Shown: one piece after another, positions 42,948-54,379 of the stretch
How positions within the stretch are numbered: position 1 is the stretch's first letter
Layout: each line of letters opens with the position of its first letter
Source of the DNA: an uncultured Armatimonadia bacterium
Lineage (GTDB): Bacteria > Armatimonadota > Zipacnadia > CAVVLO01
Direction: 5' to 3'
NCBI GenBank assembly: GCA_963749155.1
Contig: CAVVLO010000003.1
Span: 576,001-640,000, forward strand
Length of the DNA: 64,000 nucleotides
Program-made: the position numbers and the translations under genes
The notes under the pieces: generated by a model
The model's input: the letters and a program-made list of their open reading frames with translations, nothing else
Told to the model about the DNA's origin: nothing
The model's database searches: none

Positions 42948-43204
42948 CAATGCGACCAGGAGGCGGAGGAGCAGATTGTCCTCCCCCTCGAGACGGCCCT
43001 TGTGCTTTGCAACCGTCAACGACTGGTCGCCTGGTTCGCACCGGCGCTTCGCGCACCGCGAGTCAGGTTTGGGGTTCTTCCCCGTGTTGCGTACCGCAAC
43101 CGCACTTGGGCCTACAGCCAGTACCGGGGCGCTCCGGATGGCTGCTTGCGCATCCGCGTTAGAATTGAGTATGGCGCCCCGAACAAAGGGAGGAAAACCC
43201 TAGT

Positions 43205-44662
43205 ATGGGTGCCATTGCAGGAAAGAAATCTCCACGCAACACCAACCTCGTCGTCGAAGCCGTGAAGGCTTTAGGCTATCGAGCTGGCCAGGGTCTGGAG
43301 AGCGTCGAAAGCGCTCCCTGGGTTATGGTGCAGTCCTGGAACGAGTATGAGGCGCCGCGCCACCAACTCGCCGGAGAATTGCCGGCCGTAATGACTGGCC
43401 AGCTACACAACTGGCAGCAGCTTGTCCCTGGCGCGACTTGCCCGCTAGAGGCCATCACTCAAGCTTATCGGGAGCAGGGACCCAGTTTTCTGTCCAAGCT
43501 GGACGGCGAGTTCGCGTTAGCCATCGTAGAAGGCGAGCAGGTCTTCGTCGCGCGTGACAGGCTGGGCGTCGTGCCCTGCTATGTAGGGGTCGAGGACGGC
43601 AAAGTAATAGCCTTCGCCACCGAGGCCAAAGCGTTGATGCAGCTTGATATTGTCCCTGAGGAACTACCGCCGGGCAGTTACTGGCATCCGGAAGAGGGGC
43701 TTGTATCCTATTTCGACCTGAAGAAGCCCAAGGCGCTGCTGGACGACAGTCCAGCCGAACTCGCCACTGGCCTGCGTTCTGTGCTGGTTGCGGCTATCTC
43801 CAAACGCCTTTCCGGCCCTGAGGCTGGCGCCTGGCTGTCTGGGGGCCTCGATTCCAGCGTAATGACGTGCCTGGCGGCGCGGCAGGTAGCGAAGCTGAAG
43901 ACTTTCTGTGTAGGCCTCGAAGGCGCCCCTGACCTGGAGAGCGCGCGTCTGGTAGCCGATTTCGTGGGTACCGAGCATCACGAGCTAATTCCGACAAAGA
44001 AACTGTTGCTTGAGGCGTTGCCTCAGGTCATCTTCCATATGGAGAGCTTCGATGCGCTGCTGCTGCGTTCGAGTCTGACCAATTTCCTCGTGGGGAGATT
44101 GGCCTCAGATCATGTGCCGGCCGTCTTCTCGGGTGAGGGCGGCGACGAGTTGTTCGCCGGGTATGACTATCTGAAGGGTATGCCGCCAAACGAGCTCCCT
44201 GATGAGTTGATGGACATCACCAACAGGCTGCACAACACCGCGCTGCAGCGTGTGGACCGGTGCTCGATGGGCAGCGGGCTTACCGCCTACGTGCCCTTCG
44301 TGGACCGCGATGTGGTCGAGTATGCGCTGGCCATCCCCCACAAGTATAAGCTGTATCGGGGCGAGGGCAAGCCTGTTGAGAAGTGGATCCTGCGCAAGGC
44401 TGTCGAAGGGTTGCTGCCCGAGCCGGTGCTGTGGCGCAAGAAGGCCAAGTTCTGGGAAGGCGCCGGCGTCCAGGACGTGTTGGCCGAGTATGCCGAGGAG
44501 ACCATCTCGGACGGCGATTTTGCCCGCGAACGCAAGCTGCAGGAGGGCCAGCCTCTGAATACGAAAGAGGAACTGATGTATTACAGGCTCTTCAAGGAAC
44601 AGTTCGGCGAGGAGCTGGCCCAGCAGGTCGGTCGCACCAAGGGCGCCCCAGTGGACGCCTGA
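43205..44662 (+). CDS. Asparagine synthetase B-like ATP-dependent amide ligase lacking the N-terminal Cys
   Basis: LDGEFA, ARDRLGVVP, LSGGLDSS, SGEGGDELFAGY, EKWILRKA; N-terminus MGAIAG. Confidence 0.85.
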   Translation: MGAIAGKKSPRNTNLVVEAVKALGYRAGQGLESVESAPWVMVQSWNEYEAPRHQLAGELPAVMTGQLHNWQQLVPGATCPLEAITQAYREQGPSFLSKLDGEFALAIVEGEQVFVARDRLGVVPCYVGVEDGKVIAFATEAKALMQLDIVPEELPPGSYWHPEEGLVSYFDLKKPKALLDDSPAELATGLRSVLVAAISKRLSGPEAGAWLSGGLDSSVMTCLAARQVAKLKTFCVGLEGAPDLESARLVADFVGTEHHELIPTKKLLLEALPQVIFHMESFDALLLRSSLTNFLVGRLASDHVPAVFSGEGGDELFAGYDYLKGMPPNELPDELMDITNRLHNTALQRVDRCSMGSGLTAYVPFVDRDVVEYALAIPHKYKLYRGEGKPVEKWILRKAVEGLLPEPVLWRKKAKFWEGAGVQDVLAEYAEETISDGDFARERKLQEGQPLNTKEELMYYRLFKEQFGEELAQQVGRTKGAPVDA

Positions 44663-44688
44663 ACGAAATCGCCCAGATGCAACTCACA

Positions 44689-44720
44689 AGGCCCCGGCGC
44701 AGCTCGCGCCGGGGTCTTTT
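44689..44720 (+). terminator. Rho-independent terminator
   Basis: AGGCCCCGGCGC-AGCTC-GCGCCGGGGTCT-TTT. Confidence 0.8.
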
Positions 44721-45984
44721 ACCTGGCGGGTGGACGCCAGGTAGCAAAGAACTGCTTCAAGCCCTCCCAGCCGCCAGCGCCGGGCTGGAACTCCGACTTG
44801 TCGAGCGGATAGATGCACAGGAACTGGCAATCGGCGAAGCCCAGGGTGCGCTCGAAGCTGCGACACCAGCTTTCCGCATCAGGAGCGCCCCAGTACCACT
44901 CGCAGGCTGCCCACTTGTCGTTTTGATGACTGGCAAGCTGCTCTCCGAAGTCGCTGAAGCTGGCGGGGTCCATCCAGTACATACTGTAGCCGACCGTGTC
45001 CGCCCACTGATTGAAGGCCGGCCAGAGGGGCATATGCAGCTCGTAAGGCTGGTGAGTGCCGCCGAGGTGGGTGGTGATCAGCTCGGTCGGCAGGCCAAGC
45101 GAATGAGTCTTGCGGCAGAGCACCTCCACATAGAGCTGGATGAGCCTGGCCAGGTCATCGCGAGTTATCTCACCGCTGGTCTTGAGACCAGAGGAAGCAA
45201 GCGCCGCATAACCAATCTGGGCTGCGCCTGAGGAGAGGCCTTCCTCATGCCTGGGCCACCAGGCAGGGTCATGAGAGGCGTCGTCAGGCCAGCGCTCGAG
45301 GTAGCTGTTGCCGCCTGGGTAATAGAAGGCGTTGCCGCCGATGCAGGCTTCGGAGCCGAGTTTTACCCCACGGAAAAGCCACTTCTGGTCTGCCGGCAGC
45401 GATTTGTACCATTCGGCCAGGACGGGCACCAGCAGCTTGAGGCGGGCGAATACCTCGGCCATCACGCGGCGGGCGAAGAGATTCTGCGCGGGCTTGATGC
45501 GAATCTGCATCCCCCAGTTGCGCCAGCTTATCTTGACTGCGTCCTTCGGATCCCAGCTTGTCCACTCGACGTTTTCGGCATTTGCGGGGTCGTAGCCTGG
45601 AAGGGCCGGGTCCCACCAGTTCCAGAGCTCCGGCCGGGTGGTCCACCAGTTCTGCGATTCCAGCGTCAGCAGGATTGGGATACCAGTCTCTTCGCTCGAG
45701 GCGCACACCTGGCGCAGGCTCTCGGCAAGTTTCTCGGGCGACCCTTCCATAATCGAGAAGATAAAGGTCAGCCCGAGCTTAAGGTCTGGGTTGTCTGGCA
45801 CCTCAAAACGGGCTCGAGTCGCCTCGAAGAAAGCCGGCGAGAAGTCCTCCGGATGGTCTTGACGCGGCCCGCCGACGGGATCCACGCCCCAGAAGACGTA
45901 TTTGGGCCCCGCCGAGACAAGGTTGCCCACCAGTAATAAACCAAGGGCAAGCGAAAAAAATAGTCTGGCTTCGAGACCGATCAT
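44719..45984 (-). CDS. Secreted hypothetical protein, paralog of 39158-40416
   Basis: Signal peptide; QNWWTTRPELWNWWDP, NVEWTSWDPKDAVKISWRNWG, GVKLGSE. Confidence 0.75.
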   Translation of the reverse strand: MIGLEARLFFSLALGLLLVGNLVSAGPKYVFWGVDPVGGPRQDHPEDFSPAFFEATRARFEVPDNPDLKLGLTFIFSIMEGSPEKLAESLRQVCASSEETGIPILLTLESQNWWTTRPELWNWWDPALPGYDPANAENVEWTSWDPKDAVKISWRNWGMQIRIKPAQNLFARRVMAEVFARLKLLVPVLAEWYKSLPADQKWLFRGVKLGSEACIGGNAFYYPGGNSYLERWPDDASHDPAWWPRHEEGLSSGAAQIGYAALASSGLKTSGEITRDDLARLIQLYVEVLCRKTHSLGLPTELITTHLGGTHQPYELHMPLWPAFNQWADTVGYSMYWMDPASFSDFGEQLASHQNDKWAACEWYWGAPDAESWCRSFERTLGFADCQFLCIYPLDKSEFQPGAGGWEGLKQFFATWRPPAR

Positions 45985-45987
45985 CGG

Positions 45988-47883
45988 CTACTCCGTCGTC
46001 AGGAAGGTGCGCGTCACGGTGCGAGTGACGCCGTCCAGCGTTGCGGTGATGGTGATGGCCGGCTGGTGCTCATAGAGGAAGACGAAGCCGCGGAAGTAGC
46101 CGCTGTCGTCCTGGTTGAGGGCTGACTCCCCGTTGATGAGCACCGTTGCGCCGGGGGTAGTGAGGCCTCTCACGATGATATTGCGCGGCCAGGCGGCAGG
46201 CACTTCGGTGCCCTCCGGTGGGGAGGTCTGGACGTAGAGCAGCGGCCTGGCAGAAAGGGCCTCGATCTCTTCGGCAAGGGCCCTGCGCGCTGCAAGCAGT
46301 GTCTCTGGGTCACGGTTGAAGTCGTGGAAGTTCCAGATGACGCGCTTAGCCAGCTCAAGAGGGCGCTGGCGCGGATCCATCCACTGGTCAGCGGCGTCGC
46401 CATATTCAGCTTTGAGGGCGCGAAGCTTCTGCTCAAGTGTATAAAGATATTCGTAATCCTCGAGGCCGTCCCGCATCGCACTGAACCTGAGCGAACCGAG
46501 GAAGTCTTGCCTGCCTGGATAGACAACCTGCCCATCAGCAAGAGGCAGTTGAGCATTCATCCCCGCTTCGGTGTAGGGGTCGCCTTCATACCAGTTGAGG
46601 CCCCAATGCAGGTAGCCGTCGAGGTCGTAGAGATAGCTAATCCAGTGCAGCACCCGCGCGTGCACGAGGGACTGGTCGAGGAAGCGGTTGGGATAGGTGC
46701 CCTGCGGGATGCAGCAGGTGTAGAACCACAGCTCTTTGCCCTCGTCCTGGTGGCGTTTGAAGGCCGGATACCAGAGATGGAGATGATTGAGCTTGGGCAC
46801 GTAGACGTCCAGATCGCCGAGATACTCGGTCTCGACGGCCTCGAGCGCCCTGACATGAGGCGCAACGGCGTGGACCTGGTCCACCAGAGCGGCGTAGGTC
46901 TCCTCATGGTGGATGAAGGGCTCATCGGTGAGGCTGACGAAGAAACGGCCCTGCCAGCCTCGGCGGACGACGACCTCATCAAGGGCTGGCAGGCGGCGCA
47001 TACCGGATTCGTTGCGGATAACGCGGCTTATCGGGTTGGTAATCTCGGCGCTCTTGTCGCCAACCACGTGCAGGTGGATGGCCCGTATCCCCTCGCCAAA
47101 GGCGACCTCGGCATAGCGTTCCAGCTTGCTGGTGTTGTAGGTGTAACCACTCTCCGAATCGCCTGACTCATCTATCAATCCCTGGATAGAGGCCAGGATG
47201 TCGGTCTGGCGATGGGCGACAAGGAAAGCCGAAGAACGCGCCAGCAGGGCCCAGTAGTCGTCACTGAAGGCTGCCACATCGGGGAAGCCTCGACTGGGGA
47301 AGCTCCACCAGTTGATGACCGACTGGTGGCGGGTTGGAGACAATTCGAAATCCCAGACATGCAGGGCGACTGGGAGGCTGACCTCGCCCTCAGGGGTGGT
47401 CACCGAGAGGGTGCCGTGGTACTCGCCAGGGGCGGCGTCAATGGGAACTGTAACCTCGATCCAGAGCGGCTGGGCCTGATTAACCGGGGCAGTAATAGTC
47501 AGGTCTTCCCAGAAGGGATCAGGCAAGTCGCAGGGCGCCTTGGCAACGAGCTCGCCCTCGGGCAGCCCACTACTGTTGCGCGTGACGCTGATATAGCGCA
47601 CCCATTGCAGCTTTACAGCTTCAGCGGGCAGCGGGCCAGCAGGGCCAACGAGAGGCGAAAGGGCGACCGAGACCTCTCCCCCGCCACAGCGCAGTACGGC
47701 CTGACTACTTGCGACCTCGTTGCGGGCAGCCTCGAGCAGCACTGGGTCGCTTTGGTCAGGGGGGACAGCATCGCGCAGTACTTTAATAAGCCCGTTAGAG
47801 GCCCACAGGTCGGCAGCCGACGCGCGTCCCCCAAACACGCAAATCAGACACGCCAAGAGCAGCAATCCAGGTAGCGAATTCAT
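45988..47883 (-). CDS. Secreted DUF4091/GH123-like glycoside hydrolase
   Basis: [49 protein letters not shown]. Confidence 0.78.
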   Translation of the reverse strand: MNSLPGLLLLACLICVFGGRASAADLWASNGLIKVLRDAVPPDQSDPVLLEAARNEVASSQAVLRCGGGEVSVALSPLVGPAGPLPAEAVKLQWVRYISVTRNSSGLPEGELVAKAPCDLPDPFWEDLTITAPVNQAQPLWIEVTVPIDAAPGEYHGTLSVTTPEGEVSLPVALHVWDFELSPTRHQSVINWWSFPSRGFPDVAAFSDDYWALLARSSAFLVAHRQTDILASIQGLIDESGDSESGYTYNTSKLERYAEVAFGEGIRAIHLHVVGDKSAEITNPISRVIRNESGMRRLPALDEVVVRRGWQGRFFVSLTDEPFIHHEETYAALVDQVHAVAPHVRALEAVETEYLGDLDVYVPKLNHLHLWYPAFKRHQDEGKELWFYTCCIPQGTYPNRFLDQSLVHARVLHWISYLYDLDGYLHWGLNWYEGDPYTEAGMNAQLPLADGQVVYPGRQDFLGSLRFSAMRDGLEDYEYLYTLEQKLRALKAEYGDAADQWMDPRQRPLELAKRVIWNFHDFNRDPETLLAARRALAEEIEALSARPLLYVQTSPPEGTEVPAAWPRNIIVRGLTTPGATVLINGESALNQDDSGYFRGFVFLYEHQPAITITATLDGVTRTVTRTFLTTE

Positions 47884-47961
47884 ATGGGCGCCTCCCCCAG
47901 TTAATAAGGCTAGCTTCAGCAAGAAAAGCCCTCTTCCTGCCCTTCCACTTGGAGAGGGGAG

Positions 47962-47970
47962 TGCTATAAT
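47962..47970 (+). promoter_or_regulatory. Extended -10 element upstream of tkt
   Basis: TGCTATAAT about 47 bp before the ATG. Confidence 0.5.
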
Positions 47971-48016
47971 ACCGAGTTGTTTGCCCCTACCAAGCGCTGA
48001 GGTGGAGAGAATCAGG

Positions 48017-50029
48017 ATGAAAAGACCCATCGACGAGACAGATGCCCTCTGTGTGAACACACTGCGGACCCTCGCTATAGATATGGTGGAAAAGGCCAAC
48101 TCGGGCCATCCGGGCCTGCCGCTTGGCGCCGCGCCGATGGCTTATGCGCTGTGGAGCCGTCATCTGAAGTTTGATCCCAAGGCGCCTGACTGGGCTGACA
48201 GGGACAGGTTCGTGCTGTCGGCTGGGCATGGCAGCGCGCTGCTTTACAGCCTGCTGCACACCTTTGGGTATGACCTCTGCCGATGGAAGAATTGATGCGT
48301 TTCCGCCAGTGGGGCAGCCTGACACCAGGGCATCCAGAAGTCGGCCTGACCCCAGGTGTCGAAGCCACCACCGGCCCGCTTGGGCAAGGTACGGCCAACG
48401 CGGTCGGGATGGCGATCGCCGAGAGGGCGCTTGCGAGCTATTTCAACCGGGAAGGCCACGAAATCGTAGACCACTTCACCTATGGGCTGGTCTCGGAAGG
48501 CGACCTGATGGAGGGTATCGCTTACGAGGCCTGCTCGCTTGCGGGGCACCTGGGCCTCGGCAAGCTCATCTTCCTGTTCGATTCCAACCAGGTGACTCTG
48601 GACGGGCCACTCTCCTGGAGCTTCTCCGAGGACATCGCGAGCCGGTTCGCCGCAATGAACTGGCAGGTACTCGAGGTCGAGGAGGGCAACGCTGACCTGG
48701 TGGCGCTGGATGCCGCCATACTGGAAGCCAAAACCGAGACCGTCAAGCCGTCGCTGATAATTGTAAACACCACTATTGGTTATGGGTCGCCAAACAAGTG
48801 CGGCAAATCGAGTTCTCACGGTTCTCCACTTGGCGCGGAGGAACTCGCCTGCACTAAAAAGGCGCTGGGCTGGGAGGCAGAACAGCCTTTCACCATCCCC
48901 CTCGAGGCGGCTGGGAGATTTACCGAGGTTGCCGAACATGGCCAGAGCCAGCAGCTCGAGTGGCAGACTCGCTTCACCACCTATGAACAGGTCTTCCCTG
49001 AACTGGCAGTCCAGTTCAAGGCCGCAAGGACTGGCGAAATCGAACTCGACTGGGAAGCCGTCCTGCCCACCTGGGAGGCCGGCAAGGGCCTTGCGACGCG
49101 CAGCGCTTCGGGCGAGGTCATCAACGCTATCGCACCGCAGCTACCGCTGCTGCTGGGCGGGGACGCCGACCTTTCCGGCTCGACCAACACGACCATCAAG
49201 GGCGGGGGCGATTTCGACGGCGCAACCGGTGCTGGACGCAATCTGCATTATGGCATCCGCGAGCACGCGATGGCGGGGATCGCGAACGGGATGGCCTGCC
49301 ACGGAGGCATCCGGCCTTTCGTTGCGACTTTCTTCGTCTTTTCGGACTATATGCGGCCCTCGGTCAGGCTGGCGGCGCTGTCGCACCTGCCGGTCATCTA
49401 CGTGTGGACGCATGATTCCATCGGCGTAGGTGAAGATGGCCCGACGCATGAGCCTGTCGAGCACCTGGCCGCTCTGCGCGCGATGCCGAACCTCTCGGTG
49501 GTGCGGCCGGCCGATGCGACCGAGGTCGCCCAGGCCTGGCGCTACGCGCTGGAGCGCAAGACTGGGCCGACTGCCCTCGTGCTGTCGAGGCAGAAGCTGC
49601 CGGTGCTTGACCGAGAGAGGTTCGCAAGCGCCGAAGGGCTTCTGAAAGGCGCTTATGTGCTTTCCGAGGCCGAGGGGCAGCCCCAGGCAATTCTGATAGC
49701 GACGGGCTCCGAGGTGGAAGTCGCGCTGGCCGCACAGGCTGCGCTGGCTGAAGAGGGCATCCAGGCACGAGTGGTCTCGATGCCTTGCTGGGAAGCCTTC
49801 GAGACGCAATCGGAGGAATACAGAGAACAGGTGCTTCCGAAGGCCGTGAAGGCAAGAGTGGCTATCGAGGCGGGGGTGTCGCTCGGCTGGCAGAAATGGG
49901 TCGGCTGCGGAGGGCACGCTGGTGACTTTGGACCGGTTTGGCGCGTCGGCTCCGGGCGAGGTCAATATGGAGCAATTCGGCTTCACTGCCGAGAACGTGG
50001 TAAGCAAGGTGAAGGCCTTACTCGGCTGA
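48017..50029 (+). CDS. tkt: Transketolase; frameshifts near 48280 and 49915
   Basis: [65 protein letters not shown] in the shifted frame. Confidence 0.93.
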
Positions 50030-50051
50030 GTTTCCACTAAGAATCAAAGCT

Positions 50052-50087
50052 GGGAGCCAGGGCTTCGCGGTCCTGGCTCCCTTTTTC
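50052..50087 (+). terminator. Rho-independent terminator
   Basis: GGGAGCCAGG-loop-CCTGGCTCCC-TTTTT. Confidence 0.8.
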
Positions 50088-50089
50088 TG

Positions 50090-51686
50090 TCAATCGCGCA
50101 AAATCACGAGCGCCCAGTCTTCGCCATCCGGGCAGGTGAAGGTCGGCTCGCTGCCTTCGACTTCGGCAGGCTCGGAAGTCTCGCCGGTGCGGGGATTCAC
50201 CCAGTGAGAGCGCCAACTACCGAGTGGCAGCTCGACCTGGGCGCTTCCGCCCTTTGGGAAGTAGACCAGCACGGCGCGCGCCGGGTCGGCCAGGCAGGCC
50301 ACGACCGGGGTCGCTGTGCAGCCAGGCATCGCGCGGTCTCATCGTGTTGAAGGGCAGCGCCGAGACCGTCTCGAACAGCGTCGGGAAGAAGCGGAACCCG
50401 TATTCGTCCCACTCTCGGCCCTTGATATACGGGTCGCCAGGATCAACCGGCTCACCGTTCAACAGGCCCATCCAGCGGTCAGGCCCGGCGCCGTAGGTCC
50501 AGTAGACCCCGGCGCAGTAGTTGAGCCAGGCCGCTCGCCGGATGTTATCGCCGGTAGTGCCATTCATCACGTAGGTCTTGGCCTCGGGATTCTGTTCATA
50601 ACTTATCTCGTCGTGGATGGCGGGCATCTCGAGCGGCGCCGATTCCTCGGCGACGAGCTGCCGGAGGGTGGCATACTCCTTCTCCGGATCGTTGGGCACC
50701 TTGTCATGCCACATAGCGGCATCGAAGGCGTCCGCAGTGCGCCTCCGTAATCCCTGGTCAATAATCGAACAGGTCACCAGCCGGTCATACGGGTCTTCTT
50801 CCCTTACCAGTGCGACCATCCGGCGCACATAGTCATCGCTGCCGGTCTCGCGCACCATCGAGGGGTGCGAAAGCTCGTTCTCAAGCTCCCACCACACGTT
50901 GGAGAAACTCGCAAGGCGCGCGATAGAGTACCTCAGATAGGCATCGAACTGCTCCGCAGTGCCCCGCTGCTTCCTGTTCTTCACGATGACGGGCGGGTTG
51001 CTGATGCGCAGGATGAGCGTCGCGCAGATACCAGCCTCACCCATCTCCCTCAGAAGGCCTTCGATGCGGTCATAGTAGGCCAGGTCATATCGGTCGAAGT
51101 CCACCGTGCCATCCTCGGCGACCTGGAAGGGATACTGGACGTTCTCCTGCCAGTCCCAGAGCAGCACGCGGAACTTGTTGATACGCCATCTGGCAGCGTC
51201 CTGGATGAAAGCCGAGGTCTGGCTGGCAGTAGGACGCCCGCAGAAGAGATTGTAGATGGTATCGCCCAGGTGCAGGTAAGGCGTGCCGTCCGCGTAAGCA
51301 AGGCGTGTCGGATGCTGCGGGTCGACGATGATACCCCCATGTGATACAGCCGCAGTGCAATTAAAGCTCTCGCGCTGATTGCCCAGCCCGGCATCGGCAG
51401 GCTCGGAGGTCGTCTCGAGCGTCCATCTGCCTTCTTCATCAGGGCTGAAGCGCACCTTCCATTTGCCTTCCCCTGCAAAAAAGCCTCGCGCCTCGACCAT
51501 GCGACCACTGGGCGAGGCAAAGGTTGCAGTCAGCCTTACCTCCTGAAAGGGATTGGCATATGACTGACTTGCCTTAAAAGTGAATTCCAGGGGCTGCCAT
51601 TTGGGGATGGAAGCTGCCTCCAACTGACTTGAGAAGGCGCTCAATGCGCCCAGGAGAGACAGAGTAAGCAAGGTCATCTTGATCAT
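50090..51686 (-). CDS. Secreted DUF5060/DUF4038 (apiosidase-like) protein with C-terminal collagen-binding-like domain; frameshift near 50315
   Basis: YANPF..V.L.ATF.SPSG, WKVRFSPDEEGRW, YADGTPYLHLGDT, WWELENE, WVNPRTG..DWALV. Confidence 0.72.
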
Positions 51687-51865
51687 TCTGGACACCTCCT
51701 CAGGGCTTTGCTTTCGCAACTTTGGGCAGACTCCTGCCGGCAAGAGGCAGGAAAGACGCCTCGTTGGGCCAATAGCCCTGACAATCTAGTTTGTATGGCT
51801 GATTGGCTTTTTGACACTCCTGATGGAAATTGGCTTCAGCTAACAAAGCGATAAAGGAAAGCAAA

Positions 51866-54346
51866 ATGAGAAAAAACTCGGCAAGGCAGCAAATCCAGGT
51901 TCGTATCAGGCGCCTGACTTCCTATTGGGCGCTGCTGGCATGCTTGCTGGGCCTGAGCTTCTTCTCCCAGCTTGAAACGCAAGCCAGAGCAACTGATGAG
52001 GTGAGTAGTATGTGCGCCAAAGAACCGAACTCCGAGATCGCCGCGACCTGGTGGCCTCCCCTGCGCAATGTGTGGACCCCAATCGGCTGGAAGAGCCACC
52101 CCTTCCGCTTCTGCGCGATCTACAACGGGACCCTCGTGGCAAATCCCCATCCCTTGCCGATGATCCTCGACAAGCCCATCAAGCAATATCTGGCCAAATA
52201 CCAGGGTCTGGGCGCGCAACTTACCTTTACGCCTTCACCTGATGGCGCCTTGCCCGAAAGGCCTGACCGCCCCTACAGGCTCAGCGCCACGCCCGATGGG
52301 GGGATCGGCTTGCAGCGCTGGACAGAGGACGCAGCGCCCGTGCTGGAGACCAGATGGCCTTGCAACTTCTTCTACGGCAACTATGGCATCGTGCTTACCC
52401 AGCAAAACTTCGGACACCTGGCGGGCGGGGGTGATGTCGTCACCGGACAGGAACCACTTTATGCCTGGACGCGCATCGCGGTCAGTCATGTGGATGAGCT
52501 GAGCGCGCCGGAGTTCTTCCATATGATGGTCCATATTGGCTCTGCCGAGCAGATTGGTCGCAGTATGTTCCACGAAGACAACCTGACGGTCTATCCGAAC
52601 AAGGCAAGCTATCCGCGGGTGTTAACCAAGGGAGCACCTTTCCAGGACGGCGCCCAATCGGGTTGCCAGATTCTCGAGGAAGACGGTACGGTAAGGCTGG
52701 TGGCCCAGACCGAGACAGGCGCAATCGAGCTCATCGAGCGCACTGCTGGCAGTCGAGATTACTACCTCAACATCACACTGCCTGCGGTTGTAGGTTTCCA
52801 CGCAGACCTCTTGCTGCCAATGATTCCTGGGGAGAGTCAGGCGGTGGAGGCCGAAAGAGCCCTGGGCTTCGAAGGGGCCCTTGCCGAAAGCAACGCCTAT
52901 TGGGCAATCAAGCCGAAGACGGCGGCCAGCATTGACACCCCTGAGCCTAAAGTAAACGAGGCTATCGAGCAGCAGGTCCGGTTCGGGCAGGTGATTAGCG
53001 AGACGAACCCCGAGACAGGGGCGCGCTCGTTGCTTACGGGCTCCTGGAACTATGACACGCTCTGGCCGACGCCCGCCATGATGAACGCCCATATGCTGAT
53101 GGACGTAATGGGCTACCACTCCTTCGTTGCGGACAACCTGGAACTCTTCAAGCGCTGCCAGGGCGCAACCAAAGCCCCGGGCGCCAGTTACGAGCTTCAT
53201 CCGGGCTATTACGGCGCGCCGCGCGACCTCAGTTCAGTCGACTGGCTGACCGACCATGGGGCGATCCTCCACGCGGTCTCTGAGCACGCCCTGCTGTCGG
53301 GAGACAGAGCCTTCACTCGTCACTGGCTCGATTCGATCATCAAGGCCTGTGACTTCCTCAAGGACAACCGAGCGGCCACCAACCACACCGGAGTGCAGGG
53401 CGTTTTACCGCCGGCGGTGGCCACCGATGCCGAAGTGCCAGGCCAGGCGGTCTGGAATATCGCCTGGAATTACAAGGGGCTGACCTCGGCCGTGCGCCTG
53501 CTGCGCCAGCTCGGGCATCCCCGGGCCGAGGAGTTTGCCGAGGAGGCCCGCGAGTATAAGTCGGTGTTTGTAGAGGCTTACCGCAAGCATGTCGAGACGA
53601 TGCCAGAGTGGACGGACAGGAGTGGGCAGCGCCACCGGGTCATCCCGACGATGCTGTCAGGAACCGAGCTCATAAACCATCCCTTCTTCCTTGACTCTGG
53701 TCCCCAGGCGCTGGTCTATGCGCGACTGCTGGAAGCGAGCGACCCGCTGATTCAGACCTCGCTGGCCTACTACCGAGAGGGGCCCAACACCTGGCTTTAT
53801 GACCCGCGCGGCAATATGCATCAGCGAGCGGTGCTTACGCATGAGATTTCGAGCTGCGAGCCCTGCTACAGCTTCAATATCTTCGCTTCATGGGAAGCGG
53901 GCGACCGCGCTCACTTCCTGGAGGGGATCTACGGGCTGCTTGCCGCCTCGCTTTCCGACCAGACCTACATCGGCTGCGAGCATCGTCATGGCATCTCCGG
54001 ACTGGTCGCGCCTGGCGCGTTGATGGTCTACCTGATGCGGCTGGCCGTGATTGATGACGCGCTGGAGGAAGGCAAGTTGCACCTGCTGCGCCTGGCGCCG
54101 CTGGCCTGGGTGCGCGCGGATTACGAGACCAAATTCGAGAACATGCCAACCGAATATGGCCCTGTCAGCGTGCACTTCCAACTGATCCAGGACGGGAAAG
54201 CGCTGAGGGTGGACTGGCAGGCGGATTTCCGCGTAGAACCGGAGGCGATCATACTGCATGCGCCACCGGTCGAAGGACTTGAGAAGCTAGTTGTGAAGGG
54301 CAAAACCTACAAGGTCAAGCCTGGTGAAGCCCTGCGACTCAAGTGA
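51866..54346 (+). CDS. Large exported protein with a six-hairpin glycosidase-like C-terminal half
   Basis: N-terminal hydrophobic segment; YDTLW, DHGAILHAVSEHALLSGDRAF, GVLPP, LHLLRLAPLAW, PTEYGPVS. Confidence 0.6.
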   Translation: MRKNSARQQIQVRIRRLTSYWALLACLLGLSFFSQLETQARATDEVSSMCAKEPNSEIAATWWPPLRNVWTPIGWKSHPFRFCAIYNGTLVANPHPLPMILDKPIKQYLAKYQGLGAQLTFTPSPDGALPERPDRPYRLSATPDGGIGLQRWTEDAAPVLETRWPCNFFYGNYGIVLTQQNFGHLAGGGDVVTGQEPLYAWTRIAVSHVDELSAPEFFHMMVHIGSAEQIGRSMFHEDNLTVYPNKASYPRVLTKGAPFQDGAQSGCQILEEDGTVRLVAQTETGAIELIERTAGSRDYYLNITLPAVVGFHADLLLPMIPGESQAVEAERALGFEGALAESNAYWAIKPKTAASIDTPEPKVNEAIEQQVRFGQVISETNPETGARSLLTGSWNYDTLWPTPAMMNAHMLMDVMGYHSFVADNLELFKRCQGATKAPGASYELHPGYYGAPRDLSSVDWLTDHGAILHAVSEHALLSGDRAFTRHWLDSIIKACDFLKDNRAATNHTGVQGVLPPAVATDAEVPGQAVWNIAWNYKGLTSAVRLLRQLGHPRAEEFAEEAREYKSVFVEAYRKHVETMPEWTDRSGQRHRVIPTMLSGTELINHPFFLDSGPQALVYARLLEASDPLIQTSLAYYREGPNTWLYDPRGNMHQRAVLTHEISSCEPCYSFNIFASWEAGDRAHFLEGIYGLLAASLSDQTYIGCEHRHGISGLVAPGALMVYLMRLAVIDDALEEGKLHLLRLAPLAWVRADYETKFENMPTEYGPVSVHFQLIQDGKALRVDWQADFRVEPEAIILHAPPVEGLEKLVVKGKTYKVKPGEALRLK

Positions 54347-54379
54347 GGGCGCTGGCTGAGGCGCGAAGGGGGTTCCTCG

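Noticed and set aside
43081..43100. T-box antiterminator in the asnB-like leader
   Set aside because: GTACCGC is present, but the TGGNACC bulge consensus and a following U-rich terminator are absent
42918..43265. Small ORFs upstream of the asnB-like gene as a lasso peptide precursor or real CDS
   Set aside because: They overlap the predicted promoter, lack an SD and a recognisable leader motif, and no B1/B2 genes are nearby
48017..50029. tkt and other split genes as pseudogenes or programmed frameshifts
   Set aside because: Indels are scattered through unrelated genes with otherwise intact motifs; sequencing error is more parsimonious
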